A stretch of DNA of 45,399 nucleotides from Chloroflexota bacterium (GTDB lineage Bacteria > Chloroflexota > Dehalococcoidia > Dehalococcoidales > G020351185). Shown here in pieces: positions 1 to 10,575 of the stretch; within the stretch, counting starts at the first letter, position 1; every line of letters starts with the position of its first letter. The position numbers and the translations under genes were made by a program. The DNA lies in the NCBI GenBank assembly GCA_043819155.1, contig JBDRFC010000070.1, positions 1-45,399 on the forward strand, read 5' to 3'. Below the pieces are notes generated by a model, which did no database searches, was not told where the DNA came from, and saw only the letters and a list, made by a program, of their open reading frames with translations.

Positions 1-95
1 GTAAACGAAGGCAAACCAGGTGAAATATCTACCTCCACCTCAACGATAGCTCCCTCAAGCCCTATAAGGGCACAGCTTGTTACCTTGGCTAACAT
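1..95 (-). CDS. comM: YifB/ComM Mg-chelatase-like AAA+ ATPase, 5' end only (runs off window)
   Basis: Manual translation from ATG at 95 gives [31 protein letters not shown], a typical ComM/YifB N-terminus; AGGAG RBS upstream. Not in the ORF track. Confidence 0.85.
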   Translation of the reverse strand, partial: MLAKVTSCALIGLEGAIVEVEVDISPGLPSF

Positions 96-181
96 CTTAC
101 TCCTGTCTTCTAAGTTACTATGTTACCCTTAAGCCTTGGAGGTGTCAATCACAGTGAAGATCTCTTTAATCAATCAAGATA

Positions 182-210
182 TTGCATCCGACTGTATATT
201 GTGTTATATT
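182..210 (+). promoter_or_regulatory. sigma70-type promoter of the nusA operon
   Basis: TTGCAT-17 bp-TATATT with extended -10 TG. Confidence 0.6.
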
Positions 211-234
211 TTACTTAATATAAGATGATAAATT

Positions 235-260
235 AGAGTGGGTTAGAATCCCACTTTTTT
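235..260 (+). terminator. terminator-like hairpin in the nusA leader (attenuator candidate)
   Basis: AGTGGG-ttagaat-CCCACT followed by a T tract, between the promoter and the nusA RBS. Confidence 0.6.
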
Positions 261-300
261 GTTGTAAGGCAACCAATAAAATTGGAGGATTAACTCCATA

Positions 301-1710
301 ATGAAGAGTGATTTCTTACTGGCTATAACACAACTGGCGGCAGAGAAGAATCTGCCCCGGGATGTAGTGCTCGGTGCAGTAGAATCTGCGCTGGTATCGG
401 CTTATCGTAAAAATAGTTTCATGCCTGCGCAGAATATCTCTGTAAAAATTGACCCGTCAAGCGGCAAGGTTGAAGTTTGGGCGGAGAAGACAGTGGTTGA
501 TAAAGTCTCAGACCCCCGCTGTGAGATATCGCTGCCCGAGGCGCTTAAAATCAATGCTGATTCACAGCTTGATGATGTCATTAATATTAAAGATACACCC
601 CACAATGCCGGGCGCATTGCCGCCCAGACAGCCAAACAGGTTATTCTACAGCGGCTCCACGAAGCAGAGCACAGTGCCATTTTCGAAGAATATACCGATA
701 AAGAAGGGGAGATTATAACCGGTGTTGTAAGGCGTATCGAAACACGCCAGATATTTATAGACCTGGGCAGGACAGAGGCTATAATGCCGGCGGCAGAACA
801 GGCTCCTAATGAAAGGTATCACGTCGGCCAAAGGTTAAAGGTTTACCTTCTAGAAATAGCCCAGTCAGCCAAAGGGCCTTTACTTATTGTTTCACGCTCC
901 CACCCAAACCTTCTACGCCGGCTCTTCGAGCTTGAGGTACCCGAAATCTTCAACGGCACTGTAGAGATAAAGGTAGTGGCTCGGGAGGCTGGTTTTCGCA
1001 GCAAGGTTGCCGTAGCGGCACGCCAGGAGGGCATTGATCCTGTTGGCTGCTGTGTCGGTCTGCGTGGCATCAGGATACAGAATATTGTCAATGAATTGAA
1101 CGGCGAAAAGATAGACGTCATCAACTGGAACACAGACATCGCTGTTTTCATGGCAAATGCTCTCAGTCCGGCCAGGATAACAGGTGTTACCATAAATGAA
1201 AAGGAAAAAGCGGCTACCGTTATTATTCCGGACAAACAGCTTTCCTTGGCCATTGGCAAGGAGGGACAGAATGTAAGGCTGGCGGTCAAACTAACCGGCT
1301 GGCGAATAGATATCAAGGGTGCTTCTGAAGCTGAGGAAGAAAGGTTGAAAGCAGCCGGAGAAGAGGGTGAAGACATCGATGTTGCCGTTGGGGAGCTTGC
1401 TGGTGAAGGACCGGAAACAGGTGAAGAAGCTCCTGTTCTGGCAGAGGTTTCGGGAAAGCTGGATGATACCGCAAAAGCTCCCGAAAGTGAATTCAAGCTG
1501 CCATTTTACCTTAGAGCACCAGAGTTAAAAACGGCAAAGAAAGAGTTACGATTTGCCGAGGAAATAATAACAGCGGCGCCCCCTAAAGCCGGATCTAAAA
1601 CAAAAAAGAGGAAGTCATCCAAGAAAAAGGGGACCGCCGAGGATGGCATACGCTTAAAGAAACAGCAACGGGGCCATGAAGTCTATGGTAGTGATGAAGA
1701 CGAATATTAA
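301..1710 (+). CDS. nusA: transcription termination/antitermination factor NusA
   Basis: GRIAAQTAKQVI, S1 and KH domains, SLAIGKEGQNVRLA; low-complexity C-terminal tail. Confidence 0.98.
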   Translation: MKSDFLLAITQLAAEKNLPRDVVLGAVESALVSAYRKNSFMPAQNISVKIDPSSGKVEVWAEKTVVDKVSDPRCEISLPEALKINADSQLDDVINIKDTPHNAGRIAAQTAKQVILQRLHEAEHSAIFEEYTDKEGEIITGVVRRIETRQIFIDLGRTEAIMPAAEQAPNERYHVGQRLKVYLLEIAQSAKGPLLIVSRSHPNLLRRLFELEVPEIFNGTVEIKVVAREAGFRSKVAVAARQEGIDPVGCCVGLRGIRIQNIVNELNGEKIDVINWNTDIAVFMANALSPARITGVTINEKEKAATVIIPDKQLSLAIGKEGQNVRLAVKLTGWRIDIKGASEAEEERLKAAGEEGEDIDVAVGELAGEGPETGEEAPVLAEVSGKLDDTAKAPESEFKLPFYLRAPELKTAKKELRFAEEIITAAPPKAGSKTKKRKSSKKKGTAEDGIRLKKQQRGHEVYGSDEDEY

Positions 1711-1981
1711 TAAGCACATCCCTTTGCGTACCTGTATCGCCTGCCGCGATATTAAAAATAAGCGTGAGCTAATTCGCTTAGTACGTAATACCGATGGTAG
1801 TATACAGATAGATACCAGCGGTAAAAAGCCGGGGCGGGGTGCTTATCTATGTCATGTGCCGGAATGCTGGCAGAACGCATTAAAAAGCGGTCGTCTGGAA
1901 CATACCCTTAAAACCGATATCGCCCAGGAGAATCGGGGGCAACTTGCCGAATACGGAAATAGCTTAAGCGGGGATTATTAA
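1676..1981 (+). CDS. ylxR: YlxR/RnpM (DUF448) RNA-binding protein
   Basis: PLRTCIAC and GRGAYLC motifs; lies between nusA and infB; true start may be slightly downstream. Confidence 0.93.
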   Translation: MKSMVVMKTNINKHIPLRTCIACRDIKNKRELIRLVRNTDGSIQIDTSGKKPGRGAYLCHVPECWQNALKSGRLEHTLKTDIAQENRGQLAEYGNSLSGDY

Positions 1982-3811
1982 ATGGTTAGAGCAAATAAAC
2001 GCAGTAATAGCGAACCACTGCCACAGGCGCCTGATAGCGGTTCATCTTCAACTGAAGTGAAATCTATTAAACTTCCACATACCATGAGCGTCAGGCAGCT
2101 GGCTGAATCTCTCAATGTTGGCTTTGTCGATGTTATAAAGCAGCTTATGAAAATTGACATCATGGCCAATATAAACCAGGTTATTGACTATGACGCAGCG
2201 TCACTGGTAGCCTCCAATTTCGGCTATAAAGCCCAACTTCAGGCACAGTCAGCCAGCAAAGCGGCCAGTGTCATCAGCGAGATTAAAAAGCAGCAGCTTC
2301 TGGCTGAAGAGAAGGGCAACCTGAAACCCCGCCCGCCGGTAATAACTATCATGGGACATGTTGACCACGGTAAAACAAGGCTGCTGGATGCCATCAGGCA
2401 AACGAATGTTATGGACACGGAATCCGGTGGTATCACCCAGCATATTGGTGCCTACCAGGTAGAGGTTAACGGTCAGAAGATTACCTTCCTTGATACGCCG
2501 GGGCATGAAGCCTTTACCGCCATGCGGGCTCGTGGAGCCCGGGTTACAGACATCACGATACTGGTAGTAGCCGCCGATGATGGTGTAAAACCACAGACAC
2601 TAGAAGCTATAGACCACGCCAAAGCAGCCGGTGTGCCTATCGTGGTGGCCATCAACAAAATAGACAAACCTAACGCCAACCCGGATGTTGCCAAGCAACA
2701 ACTTGCTGATGCGGGTCTCGTTATTGAAGAGTGGGGTGGCGATGTAATCTGCGTACTAACTTCAGCCAAGGCAAAGGAAGGTATTGATATACTGCTTGAA
2801 AACCTGCTTCTGGTAGCCGAAATGGAAAACCTGATGGCCGACCCGTCGAAACCGGCAAAGGGCGTGGTTATTGAAGCTGAAATGGACAAGACCAAAGGAC
2901 CACTGGCTACAGTTCTTGTCCATGACGGCACCCTAAAACCCGGTGATTCGGTGGTAGTCGGCACTACCTGGGGGCGGATTAAGGCAATGTTTAATGATGC
3001 CGGCAAACAGGTTAGGAGGGCAAAGCCATCGACGCCGGTTGTTGTTCTCGGCTTGCATAATGTTCCCCAGGTAGGGGATACATTAACCGCCGTAACCGGT
3101 GAACGTCGGGCAAAAGAACTGGCGGAAAAAAGAAAACAGGAAGATGAAGCAGCGCCGAAAGCGGTCAGCCTTACAAATATCTTTGACCAGGTAAGCGCCG
3201 GCCGGGTTAAGGAGCTTAATATAATTGTCAAAGCAGATGTCCAGGGCAGCATCGAACCAATAAAGGATTCGCTGCAGAGGCTGAGTACAGACGAAGTGCA
3301 GGTCAACCTTGTTCATATCGGCAGCGGTAATGTTACCGAAAGCGATGTCATGCTGGCTATTGCCTCAAAGGGTCTGATTATCGCTTTTAATACAGGTGCC
3401 GAAGCCGGCGCCACGCACCTGGCTGAAACCGAAAGTGTAGACATCCGCAACTACAATGTTATTTACGACCTGGTAGGCGATGTTGAAAAAGCCCTTAAGG
3501 GTATGCTCGAACCTGAGTATGTCGAGGTTATTGATGGCCGGGCGGAGGTAAGGGCTTTATTCCCCAGCAGTAAAAAGAGAAGCGCAGCCGGCATCTATGT
3601 CACCGAAGGCAAAGTGAGCCGAAGTGCATCGGTAAGGATTCTGCGCAACAAAAAGATTTTGGCTGAATCTGTGGTCGCCAACCTGAAGCGCTTCAAGGAT
3701 GATGTTAAAGAAGTAGCTACCGGCTATGAGTGCGGTATTATGGTTAAGAACTACAATGATTTTCAGGTTGGCGATATACTTGAGTTCTTCAGCCGTCAAA
3801 AATCCGGCTAG
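1982..3811 (+). CDS. infB: translation initiation factor IF-2
   Basis: [20 protein letters not shown] motifs. Confidence 0.99.
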   Translation: MVRANKRSNSEPLPQAPDSGSSSTEVKSIKLPHTMSVRQLAESLNVGFVDVIKQLMKIDIMANINQVIDYDAASLVASNFGYKAQLQAQSASKAASVISEIKKQQLLAEEKGNLKPRPPVITIMGHVDHGKTRLLDAIRQTNVMDTESGGITQHIGAYQVEVNGQKITFLDTPGHEAFTAMRARGARVTDITILVVAADDGVKPQTLEAIDHAKAAGVPIVVAINKIDKPNANPDVAKQQLADAGLVIEEWGGDVICVLTSAKAKEGIDILLENLLLVAEMENLMADPSKPAKGVVIEAEMDKTKGPLATVLVHDGTLKPGDSVVVGTTWGRIKAMFNDAGKQVRRAKPSTPVVVLGLHNVPQVGDTLTAVTGERRAKELAEKRKQEDEAAPKAVSLTNIFDQVSAGRVKELNIIVKADVQGSIEPIKDSLQRLSTDEVQVNLVHIGSGNVTESDVMLAIASKGLIIAFNTGAEAGATHLAETESVDIRNYNVIYDLVGDVEKALKGMLEPEYVEVIDGRAEVRALFPSSKKRSAAGIYVTEGKVSRSASVRILRNKKILAESVVANLKRFKDDVKEVATGYECGIMVKNYNDFQVGDILEFFSRQKSG

Positions 3812-3820
3812 GAGAATAGT

Positions 3821-4177
3821 ATGGTTTTTCGTATAGAACGGGTGAATCATCTCATCCGCCAGGAAATAAGCGATCTGCTAAGGCTCGAAGTAAAAGACCC
3901 CAGGCTCAGCGGTCTTGTCTCTATCACCGAAGTGGAAACATCTGCCGATCTGAAATATGCCAAGGTCTTTTTTAGCTGTCTATGCGACAATGAGGAAAAG
4001 AAAGAGATATTAAGTACGCTGGTTGCTGCTTCGGGTTTTCTGCATAATGAGCTGGCAAAACGCTTGACTCTGCGCCATATACCTGAACTCGACTTTCGCT
4101 GGGATGATTCCATTGAAAAAGGGGCTCGTATTCTGGAGCTCATAAACAAAGTGGCACAAAATGGAGAGCAAAGCTGA
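3821..4177 (+). CDS. rbfA: ribosome-binding factor A
   Basis: RIERVN...KDPRL...LRHIPEL.F..D.S; operon position. Confidence 0.97.
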   Translation: MVFRIERVNHLIRQEISDLLRLEVKDPRLSGLVSITEVETSADLKYAKVFFSCLCDNEEKKEILSTLVAASGFLHNELAKRLTLRHIPELDFRWDDSIEKGARILELINKVAQNGEQS

Positions 4178-4179
4178 TT

Positions 4180-5070
4180 ATGGATGGCATCTTTAATATT
4201 AATAAACCACCGGGCAATACCTCATTTAGCATCGTATCTATTGTCAGGCGGCTGACCGGTGAGCGCCGGGTTGGTCATGCCGGCACTCTTGACCCGATGG
4301 CCAGTGGTGTCTTGCCAGTCTGCTTAGGTAGGGGCACGAGGATTGTCGAGTTTCTGCTGGAGGACAGTAAGGTATATCGGGCACAGATAGAACTCGGTGT
4401 TGCCACAGATACCCACGACGCCAGCGGCAGTATTACCATTCGTGGTGATTCTTCAACTATAAAATTGGAACGGCTAGAGCAGGCGCTTAACTCGTTCCGC
4501 GGTTTAATACAGCAGGTGCCGCCGATGTTCAGCGCTTTAAAATACAAGGGCAAGCGTCTTTATAACCTCGCCAGAGAGGGTATTACCATAAAGCGTGAAA
4601 GCCGAGCTGCCACAATCTATCGTCTTGAGCTATTGGATTTTAAAACACCTTTTGTTTCGCTTGAAATAGAATGCAGTCGCGGTACTTATATACGCTCACT
4701 GGCTTATGACCTAGGTGAGCTTCTGGGTTGCGGTGCCCACCTAAAGGAACTGGTTCGCCTCAGTTATGGACCCTTTGATATAAAGGCAGCCGTTTCACCG
4801 AATCAGCTTGAGGATGCTTTTTCCAATAACAACTGGCAACAATTTTTATATCCTATAGATACTGTGTTAAGTAACTGGTCGGCGGTGGTTGTCGGTGATA
4901 AGCAGGAGCAGGTTATAAAAAACGGTGGCTGTGTATCCATGGAGAATAGCCAGGCAGCAGATGTTAATGAAAGAAGATGCCGTGCTTATAACCAGAACGG
5001 CTGTTTTCTGGCAGTGCTATACTTCAATACCGAGAGAGGACAATGGCAACCGGAAAAGGTATTCGTTTAA
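4180..5070 (+). CDS. truB: tRNA pseudouridine(55) synthase
   Basis: GHAGTLDPMASGVL, QVPPMFSA, GTYIRSL. Confidence 0.98.
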   Translation: MDGIFNINKPPGNTSFSIVSIVRRLTGERRVGHAGTLDPMASGVLPVCLGRGTRIVEFLLEDSKVYRAQIELGVATDTHDASGSITIRGDSSTIKLERLEQALNSFRGLIQQVPPMFSALKYKGKRLYNLAREGITIKRESRAATIYRLELLDFKTPFVSLEIECSRGTYIRSLAYDLGELLGCGAHLKELVRLSYGPFDIKAAVSPNQLEDAFSNNNWQQFLYPIDTVLSNWSAVVVGDKQEQVIKNGGCVSMENSQAADVNERRCRAYNQNGCFLAVLYFNTERGQWQPEKVFV

Positions 5071-5151
5071 CCACTTTTAGGTTTAAGCTCTTGACAACCT
5101 GCCTATAAAATAGATATAGTTCAGACAGTGTTCAGGAGGAGGTAGAGGATT

Positions 5152-5292
5152 TTGGAAGCTTATTGTTTAAAATGCCGCACAAAGAGGGATATAAAGAATC
5201 CTCAGCGGGTTACCCTTAAGAATGGCAGACCAGCCACACAGGGCGTCTGCCCCGTATGCGGCACTAAAGTATTCAGGATAGGAAATAGCTAA
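5152..5292 (+). CDS. DUF5679-like small zinc-ribbon protein (46 aa)
   Basis: TTG start after AGGAGG; MEAYCLKCRTKRDIKNPQRVTLKNGRPATQGVCPVCGTKVFRIGNS has two CxxC; TTGACA at 5091 and TATAGT at 5115. Below the ORF-track length cutoff. Confidence 0.85.
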   Translation: MEAYCLKCRTKRDIKNPQRVTLKNGRPATQGVCPVCGTKVFRIGNS

Positions 5293-5429
5293 TCATACAA
5301 AAAATACATCTTATCTTTGACTAACAGCCAGTCAATAGTATAATGCGTGTTCTGGCTGGTCTGACAAGTTGTTATTAATTACAGGAAAGCCTGCAGTATA
5401 ATTCTGTTTTACTGGAAAGGGGTATAAAA

Positions 5430-6542
5430 TTGGGCAGTATAAATGTAGCCTTAATAGGAATCGGTAACTGCTGTTCTTCACTGGTGCAGGGTGTTCATTT
5501 CTATAAGAAGGCAAAGGATGTTGAATTCGTTCCCGGGCTTATGCATGTAAATCTCGGCGGCTACCACATAAGCGATATCAACTTCGTCGCCGCCTTTGAT
5601 ATTGACAAGAATAAGGTGGGCCAGGACCTGTCAAAGGCAATCATCGCACCACCTAACAATACCTTCAAATTCTGCGATGTTCCACCAAGCGGCGTAAAGG
5701 TTGAGCGGGGTATGACCCATGATGGCCTGGGCAAATACCTATCCAAAATAATAGAAAAGGCACCGGGGCCGACTGCCGACATAGTTAAGATCCTGAAGGA
5801 TACGAAGACAGATGTAGTCATAAGCTACCTTCCGGTGGGCAGCGAAGAGGCAACCAAGTGGTATGTAGAACAGATACTGGAAGCCGGTTGTGGCTTCATA
5901 AACTGCATTCCGGTATTCATTGCCCGCGAGAAATACTGGCAGCAACGCTTTGAGAAAAAGGGGTTGCCCGTAATCGGTGACGATATTAAATCCCAGGTCG
6001 GGGCGACCATAGTCCACAGAGTGCTGACGCGCCTATTCAGTGACCGCGGCGTCAAGATGGAGAAGACTTACCAGCTTAACTTTGGCGGTAATACAGATTT
6101 TCTAAATATGCTGGAACGGGAGCGCCTTGAATCCAAGAAAATATCAAAGACAAATTCCGTTACTTCCCAGCTTGATTATAAGCTTGACCCTGATGATATC
6201 CATATCGGCCCCAGTGACTATGTTCCCTGGCTTACCGACCGCAAGTTCTGCCATATCCGAATGGAGGGACGCACATTCGGCGATGTTCCCCTGAACCTGG
6301 AATTGAAACTGGAGGTATGGGATAGCCCCAACTCAGCCGGTGTGGTTATTGATGCCATACGTTGCTGCAAACTTGCCCTGGACAGAGGATTGAAAGGAGC
6401 ACTGGTTGCGCCTTCTTCCTATTTTATGAAATCTCCTCCGGTTCAATATACAGATAACGAAGCCCGCCGCCTGGTGGAGGAGTTTATTACCGAACAGCCA
6501 GCGTGCCAGCCGGTAACCAAGCCTGTAAATAATAAATCCTAG
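5430..6542 (+). CDS. ino1: myo-inositol-1-phosphate synthase
   Basis: [38 protein letters not shown]. Confidence 0.96.
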   Translation: MGSINVALIGIGNCCSSLVQGVHFYKKAKDVEFVPGLMHVNLGGYHISDINFVAAFDIDKNKVGQDLSKAIIAPPNNTFKFCDVPPSGVKVERGMTHDGLGKYLSKIIEKAPGPTADIVKILKDTKTDVVISYLPVGSEEATKWYVEQILEAGCGFINCIPVFIAREKYWQQRFEKKGLPVIGDDIKSQVGATIVHRVLTRLFSDRGVKMEKTYQLNFGGNTDFLNMLERERLESKKISKTNSVTSQLDYKLDPDDIHIGPSDYVPWLTDRKFCHIRMEGRTFGDVPLNLELKLEVWDSPNSAGVVIDAIRCCKLALDRGLKGALVAPSSYFMKSPPVQYTDNEARRLVEEFITEQPACQPVTKPVNNKS

Positions 6543-6590
6543 CTACCATTAGTGTTAAAGTTTAGAATTAACAGAGCATAGAGCATTTTT

Positions 6591-7763
6591 ATGAAGATTG
6601 CACTGGTTTCTCCCTATGACTTTATCCACCCGGGTGGGGTAGTTAATCATATCCTGGCTTTATATGACCAGCTTAGAGAAATGGGGCACGAGGTTAAGAT
6701 TATTGCCCCAGCATCCCGGGCTGTACTAAATAAAGATGACCGATTTTTGCATATCGGTAAAGCCCGCCCGCTTCCCGTTCGTGGTACTACAATTCGCATC
6801 AGTCTATCTCTCAGGCTGGCATCCAAAATAAAAGAAGTGCTCTCGCGTGAAAAATTTGATATTATACACCTGCACGAGCCTTTTATGCCTATGCTGTGCA
6901 GCGCCGTACTCCGCTTTTCAGATTCGGTAAATATTGGCACCTTTCACGCCTGCCGCGGCAGCCCCGGCTATAACTTTGGCTGGCCTATCTCCAAGCTAAT
7001 ACTGCGCCATCGCCGGCGTAAACTTGCCGGTAAAATAGCCGTTTCAAAACCAGCTTTGGATTACGCCAGCAAACATGTCCCGGGGCAATATGCAATTATC
7101 CCCAATGGCATTGATTTGGAGCACTTTTCGCCTGATGTTTCACCGATTGAAAGATTCGCTGATGGCAAGATAAACATCCTTTTTGTTGGCCGCCTTGAAA
7201 AGCGCAAGGGATTGGACCACCTGTTAAAGGCATACAACAAGGTTAAGAAAGAATATGAAAATTGCCGCCTTATTATCGTTGGTCCCGGCGTTATTTTTCG
7301 CTATAAATATGAGAGATATGTAAGGAGTAAGCACCTGGCAGATGTCTTCTTTATCGGTATGGTAGACTACGATGAACTACCACGTTATTATAAAACCGCC
7401 GATATATTCTGCTCACCGTCAACCGGCAGGGAGAGTTTCGGTATTGTTCTGCTGGAGGCTATGGCACTCGGTAAACCGATTGTCGCTACTAATATAGAGG
7501 GTTATGCCGGTGTTATGACAAATGGCAAGGAGGGGTATCTGGTTCCGCCTGATGATGACAGGGAATTAGCCCGTGCGCTTTTGGCGCTTATAAACGATAA
7601 ACCATTGAGACAGCAGATGGGAGCCAGGGGTCTTATTACCGCTCAGGAACATGACTGGAAAATAATTGCCCAGAGGGTGGTTGATTATTATAAAAAGATT
7701 CTCGGTCAAACCCAACGGCAGAAAACTCCTTCGAAATACGAGGCTATATCAGCTTCGATTTGA
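6591..7763 (+). CDS. GT4 glycosyltransferase, PimA-like (phosphatidylinositol mannosyltransferase-like)
   Basis: MKIALVSPYD..PGGV, HLHEP, ESFGIVLLEAMA; flanked by ino1 and a CDP-alcohol transferase. Confidence 0.85.
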   Translation: MKIALVSPYDFIHPGGVVNHILALYDQLREMGHEVKIIAPASRAVLNKDDRFLHIGKARPLPVRGTTIRISLSLRLASKIKEVLSREKFDIIHLHEPFMPMLCSAVLRFSDSVNIGTFHACRGSPGYNFGWPISKLILRHRRRKLAGKIAVSKPALDYASKHVPGQYAIIPNGIDLEHFSPDVSPIERFADGKINILFVGRLEKRKGLDHLLKAYNKVKKEYENCRLIIVGPGVIFRYKYERYVRSKHLADVFFIGMVDYDELPRYYKTADIFCSPSTGRESFGIVLLEAMALGKPIVATNIEGYAGVMTNGKEGYLVPPDDDRELARALLALINDKPLRQQMGARGLITAQEHDWKIIAQRVVDYYKKILGQTQRQKTPSKYEAISASI

Positions 7764-7796
7764 GCGATTACTAATTTTTTCAGGTAAATGTAATTT

Positions 7797-8399
7797 ATGG
7801 TGGGTTTAGTACGATTTCGTAAAATTTTGTCCTTATACTTTACCAATCCGGTGGTTAAGGTACTGGCCAGGACACCGGTAACACCTAATTTCCTAACCTT
7901 TTTCAGCCTTATAATAGCTACCGGTGCAGCTGTGCTGATAGTTACCGATAACCTTCTAGCCGCCGGCTTCATAGTTCTATTGTCTGGTTTCCTTGATATG
8001 CTTGACGGAGCTTTGGCAAGGCAGACCAACCGTGTTACCCGTTTTGGCGCCGTGCTGGACTCTACCCTCGACCGTTTAGCCGAGGGAGTTGTGCTGCTCG
8101 GTATCCTTTATTTTTTTGCCGATGAAGGTTCTATAAGCGGGATTTTACTTGCCGGTGCTGTCATGCTCACTTCATTGCTGGTAAGCTATATCAGAGCCAG
8201 GGCAGAGGCAGCCGGTATTGAGTGTACAGTAGGTATTTTTACCCGTCCGGAGAGAATTATCGTACTGGCACTCGGTCTTTTTATAAACCAGCTGGAGATT
8301 GCTCTATCTGTTATAGCCGCCTTTAGCCTGTTTACTGCAGGGCAGCGGCTGCACTATGTCTGGCGCCAGATTAAAATAAAGAATAACGGGGGGAAATGA
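7797..8399 (+). CDS. CDP-alcohol phosphatidyltransferase (probable phosphatidylinositol-phosphate synthase)
   Basis: DMLDGALAR...FGAVLDSTLDR signature; SYIRARAE. Confidence 0.9.
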   Translation: MVGLVRFRKILSLYFTNPVVKVLARTPVTPNFLTFFSLIIATGAAVLIVTDNLLAAGFIVLLSGFLDMLDGALARQTNRVTRFGAVLDSTLDRLAEGVVLLGILYFFADEGSISGILLAGAVMLTSLLVSYIRARAEAAGIECTVGIFTRPERIIVLALGLFINQLEIALSVIAAFSLFTAGQRLHYVWRQIKIKNNGGK

Positions 8400-9682
8400 T
8401 GCCAGTTATCGCTATTCTCGGAGCCCAGTGGGGAGATGAAGGCAAAGGTAAGGTTGTTGACCAGCTATCTGAAAAAGCGAGTATGGTAATCCGCTTTTCC
8501 GGAGGTGATAACGCCGGCCATACCGTAATAAATCCGCACGGCGAATTCAAGCTGCATACTGTTCCATCAGGCATCTTTTACCCCACAACCACCTGCCTTA
8601 TCGGCAATGGCGTAGTCATCAACCCCGCCTGCTTGATTGATGAAATAGATAACCTTAATAATAGCGGTGTCGATACCAGCCGGCTTGTCATCAGCAACCG
8701 GGCACATCTCGTTATGCCCTATCACACCCTCCTTGACGGGCTTGAGGAAGAATCAAGGGCTGGTATGGCTATCGGTACTACATTACGCGGTATCGGCCCG
8801 GCTTTTACGGATAAGGCAGCCAGACTCGGCATCAGGACCGGCGACCTCCTCGATAAAAAGGGGCTGTTTGAGCGACTGAGTTCCGTTATGGAGCATAAAA
8901 ACAAGCTTCTAGCAAAGGTTTACGAAGCCGGTCCGCTGTCAATTGAAGAGGTATTCCAGCAGTGTTGCCATTATGGCGAGCGCCTGGCGCCTCATATCAA
9001 AGATACAACAACCCTTGTACAGACAGCTCTGGCCAATAATGAACTTATTATCCTTGAGGGAGCACAGGGGGCTTTACTTGACCCCGATTTCGGCACCTAT
9101 CCCTACGCCACCTCCTCGTCTCCCCTGTCCGGAGGCGCCTGCCTGGGTTCCGGCATCAGCCCTAAACGCATTGACCGCATTCTGGGTGTATTTAAGGCTT
9201 ACTGTACCCGTGTCGGTGCCGGCCCATTTCCTACCGAACTTAACGATGAAATGGGCAACCGAATTCGGGAGCAAGCCCACGAATTCGGCACTACCACCGG
9301 CCGCCCTCGCCGCTGTGGCTGGTTTGATGCAGTTGCCGCCCGCTTTTCCCACCAGATTAATGGCTTTACCGGTATTGTGCTTACACGTCTTGATGTTTTT
9401 GACATCCTGCCCAAACTTAAGATATGCACTGCTTACAGGCTTAACGGTAAGATAATTGATTACTTCCCGGCAAGCGCCGCTGACCTTGAAAAGTGCCAGC
9501 CCATTTATGAAGAGCTTGATGGCTGGCAGTCGGACACGACTCACATCCGGGAATTCAATGAACTGCCGGCTGAAGCTAAAAAATACATAGCCAGGCTGGA
9601 GGAATCCATAGGCTGTCAGACGAATATAGTCTGTGTAGGGCCGAGGCGGGAACAAACGATTGAATCCAGACCTGTTCTTTAG
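8396..9682 (+). CDS. purA: adenylosuccinate synthetase
   Basis: QWGDEGKGK, GTTTGRPRRCGW. Confidence 0.99.
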   Translation: MMPVIAILGAQWGDEGKGKVVDQLSEKASMVIRFSGGDNAGHTVINPHGEFKLHTVPSGIFYPTTTCLIGNGVVINPACLIDEIDNLNNSGVDTSRLVISNRAHLVMPYHTLLDGLEEESRAGMAIGTTLRGIGPAFTDKAARLGIRTGDLLDKKGLFERLSSVMEHKNKLLAKVYEAGPLSIEEVFQQCCHYGERLAPHIKDTTTLVQTALANNELIILEGAQGALLDPDFGTYPYATSSSPLSGGACLGSGISPKRIDRILGVFKAYCTRVGAGPFPTELNDEMGNRIREQAHEFGTTTGRPRRCGWFDAVAARFSHQINGFTGIVLTRLDVFDILPKLKICTAYRLNGKIIDYFPASAADLEKCQPIYEELDGWQSDTTHIREFNELPAEAKKYIARLEESIGCQTNIVCVGPRREQTIESRPVL

Positions 9683-10575
9683 TCCTTAACAGGTAAATCT
9701 ATCCTGTAGTTCTTAAGCGTTTCCCGTATCAGAGCAGCCGTCTTTTCGTCCGCCTCATAGAGGGGCGGGCGGGTACTTCCTACCTTGAAACCGATGTGGT
9801 TCATGGCATATTTAACCGGTATCGGATTAGCGATAACAAAAAGGGCGTTAATAAGCGGCATAAGGTGGCGGTGTATCTCCGCCGCCCTGCTTGTTTCACC
9901 TTTTAAGAAGCTGTCAATCATATCCTTTATTTGAATGCCAATTATATTTGAGGCAACGCTTATAACACCATAGCCACCCAGTGCCAGTATAGGCAGGGTG
10001 TCGGTGTCATTGCCGCTCCATACGATAAAATCATCACCTGTATTTTCAATAATCTTGGCTATTTCACCCAGATTACCGCTGGCTTCCTTTACCCCGATGA
10101 TGTTATCTACTTTACTCAGCTTTATAACCGTATCGGCGGCAAGGCTTACCACGGTGCGCGATGGCACGTTGTACAATATACAGGGAAGGATAGTGCTTTC
10201 GGCAATCGCCCTGAAGTGCCGGTACAGGTTATCCTGGGTGGGCTTATTATAATAAGGCACCACTAGCAGGCAGGCATCAACTCCGGTTTCTTCGGCTGCC
10301 TTCGTTGCCGCAATAGCTTCGGCGGTGCTGTTACTTCCCGTGCCGGCAATAACCGAACCCTGCCCACCCACCGCAGATTTAATTTCGGTAAATAACCTCA
10401 ACTCTTCATCACGCAGCAGGGTTGGCGATTCTCCGGTAGTTCCTACCACCACCAGCCCATCGCTGCCCGATTTCATCAATGCCAGTGCCAGACGCTTTGC
10501 CTGCTCGTAGTCAACCGAGCCATCATCCTTAAATGGCGTTACCATTGCTGTTATCAAGCGTCCCATATCCTTCAT
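9679..10575 (-). CDS. dapA: 4-hydroxy-tetrahydrodipicolinate synthase
   Basis: GTTGESPTL, PYYNKP, YNVPSRT, GVKEASG. Confidence 0.98.
   Translation of the reverse strand: MKDMGRLITAMVTPFKDDGSVDYEQAKRLALALMKSGSDGLVVVGTTGESPTLLRDEELRLFTEIKSAVGGQGSVIAGTGSNSTAEAIAATKAAEETGVDACLLVVPYYNKPTQDNLYRHFRAIAESTILPCILYNVPSRTVVSLAADTVIKLSKVDNIIGVKEASGNLGEIAKIIENTGDDFIVWSGNDTDTLPILALGGYGVISVASNIIGIQIKDMIDSFLKGETSRAAEIHRHLMPLINALFVIANPIPVKYAMNHIGFKVGSTRPPLYEADEKTAALIRETLKNYRIDLPVKD

Noticed and set aside
4175-10575. Other TGA-ending core genes (rbfA, GT4, CDP-alcohol transferase, asd) as selenoproteins
   Set aside because: The proteins are full length at the TGA, often in ATGA overlaps, with no Cys-equivalent position.
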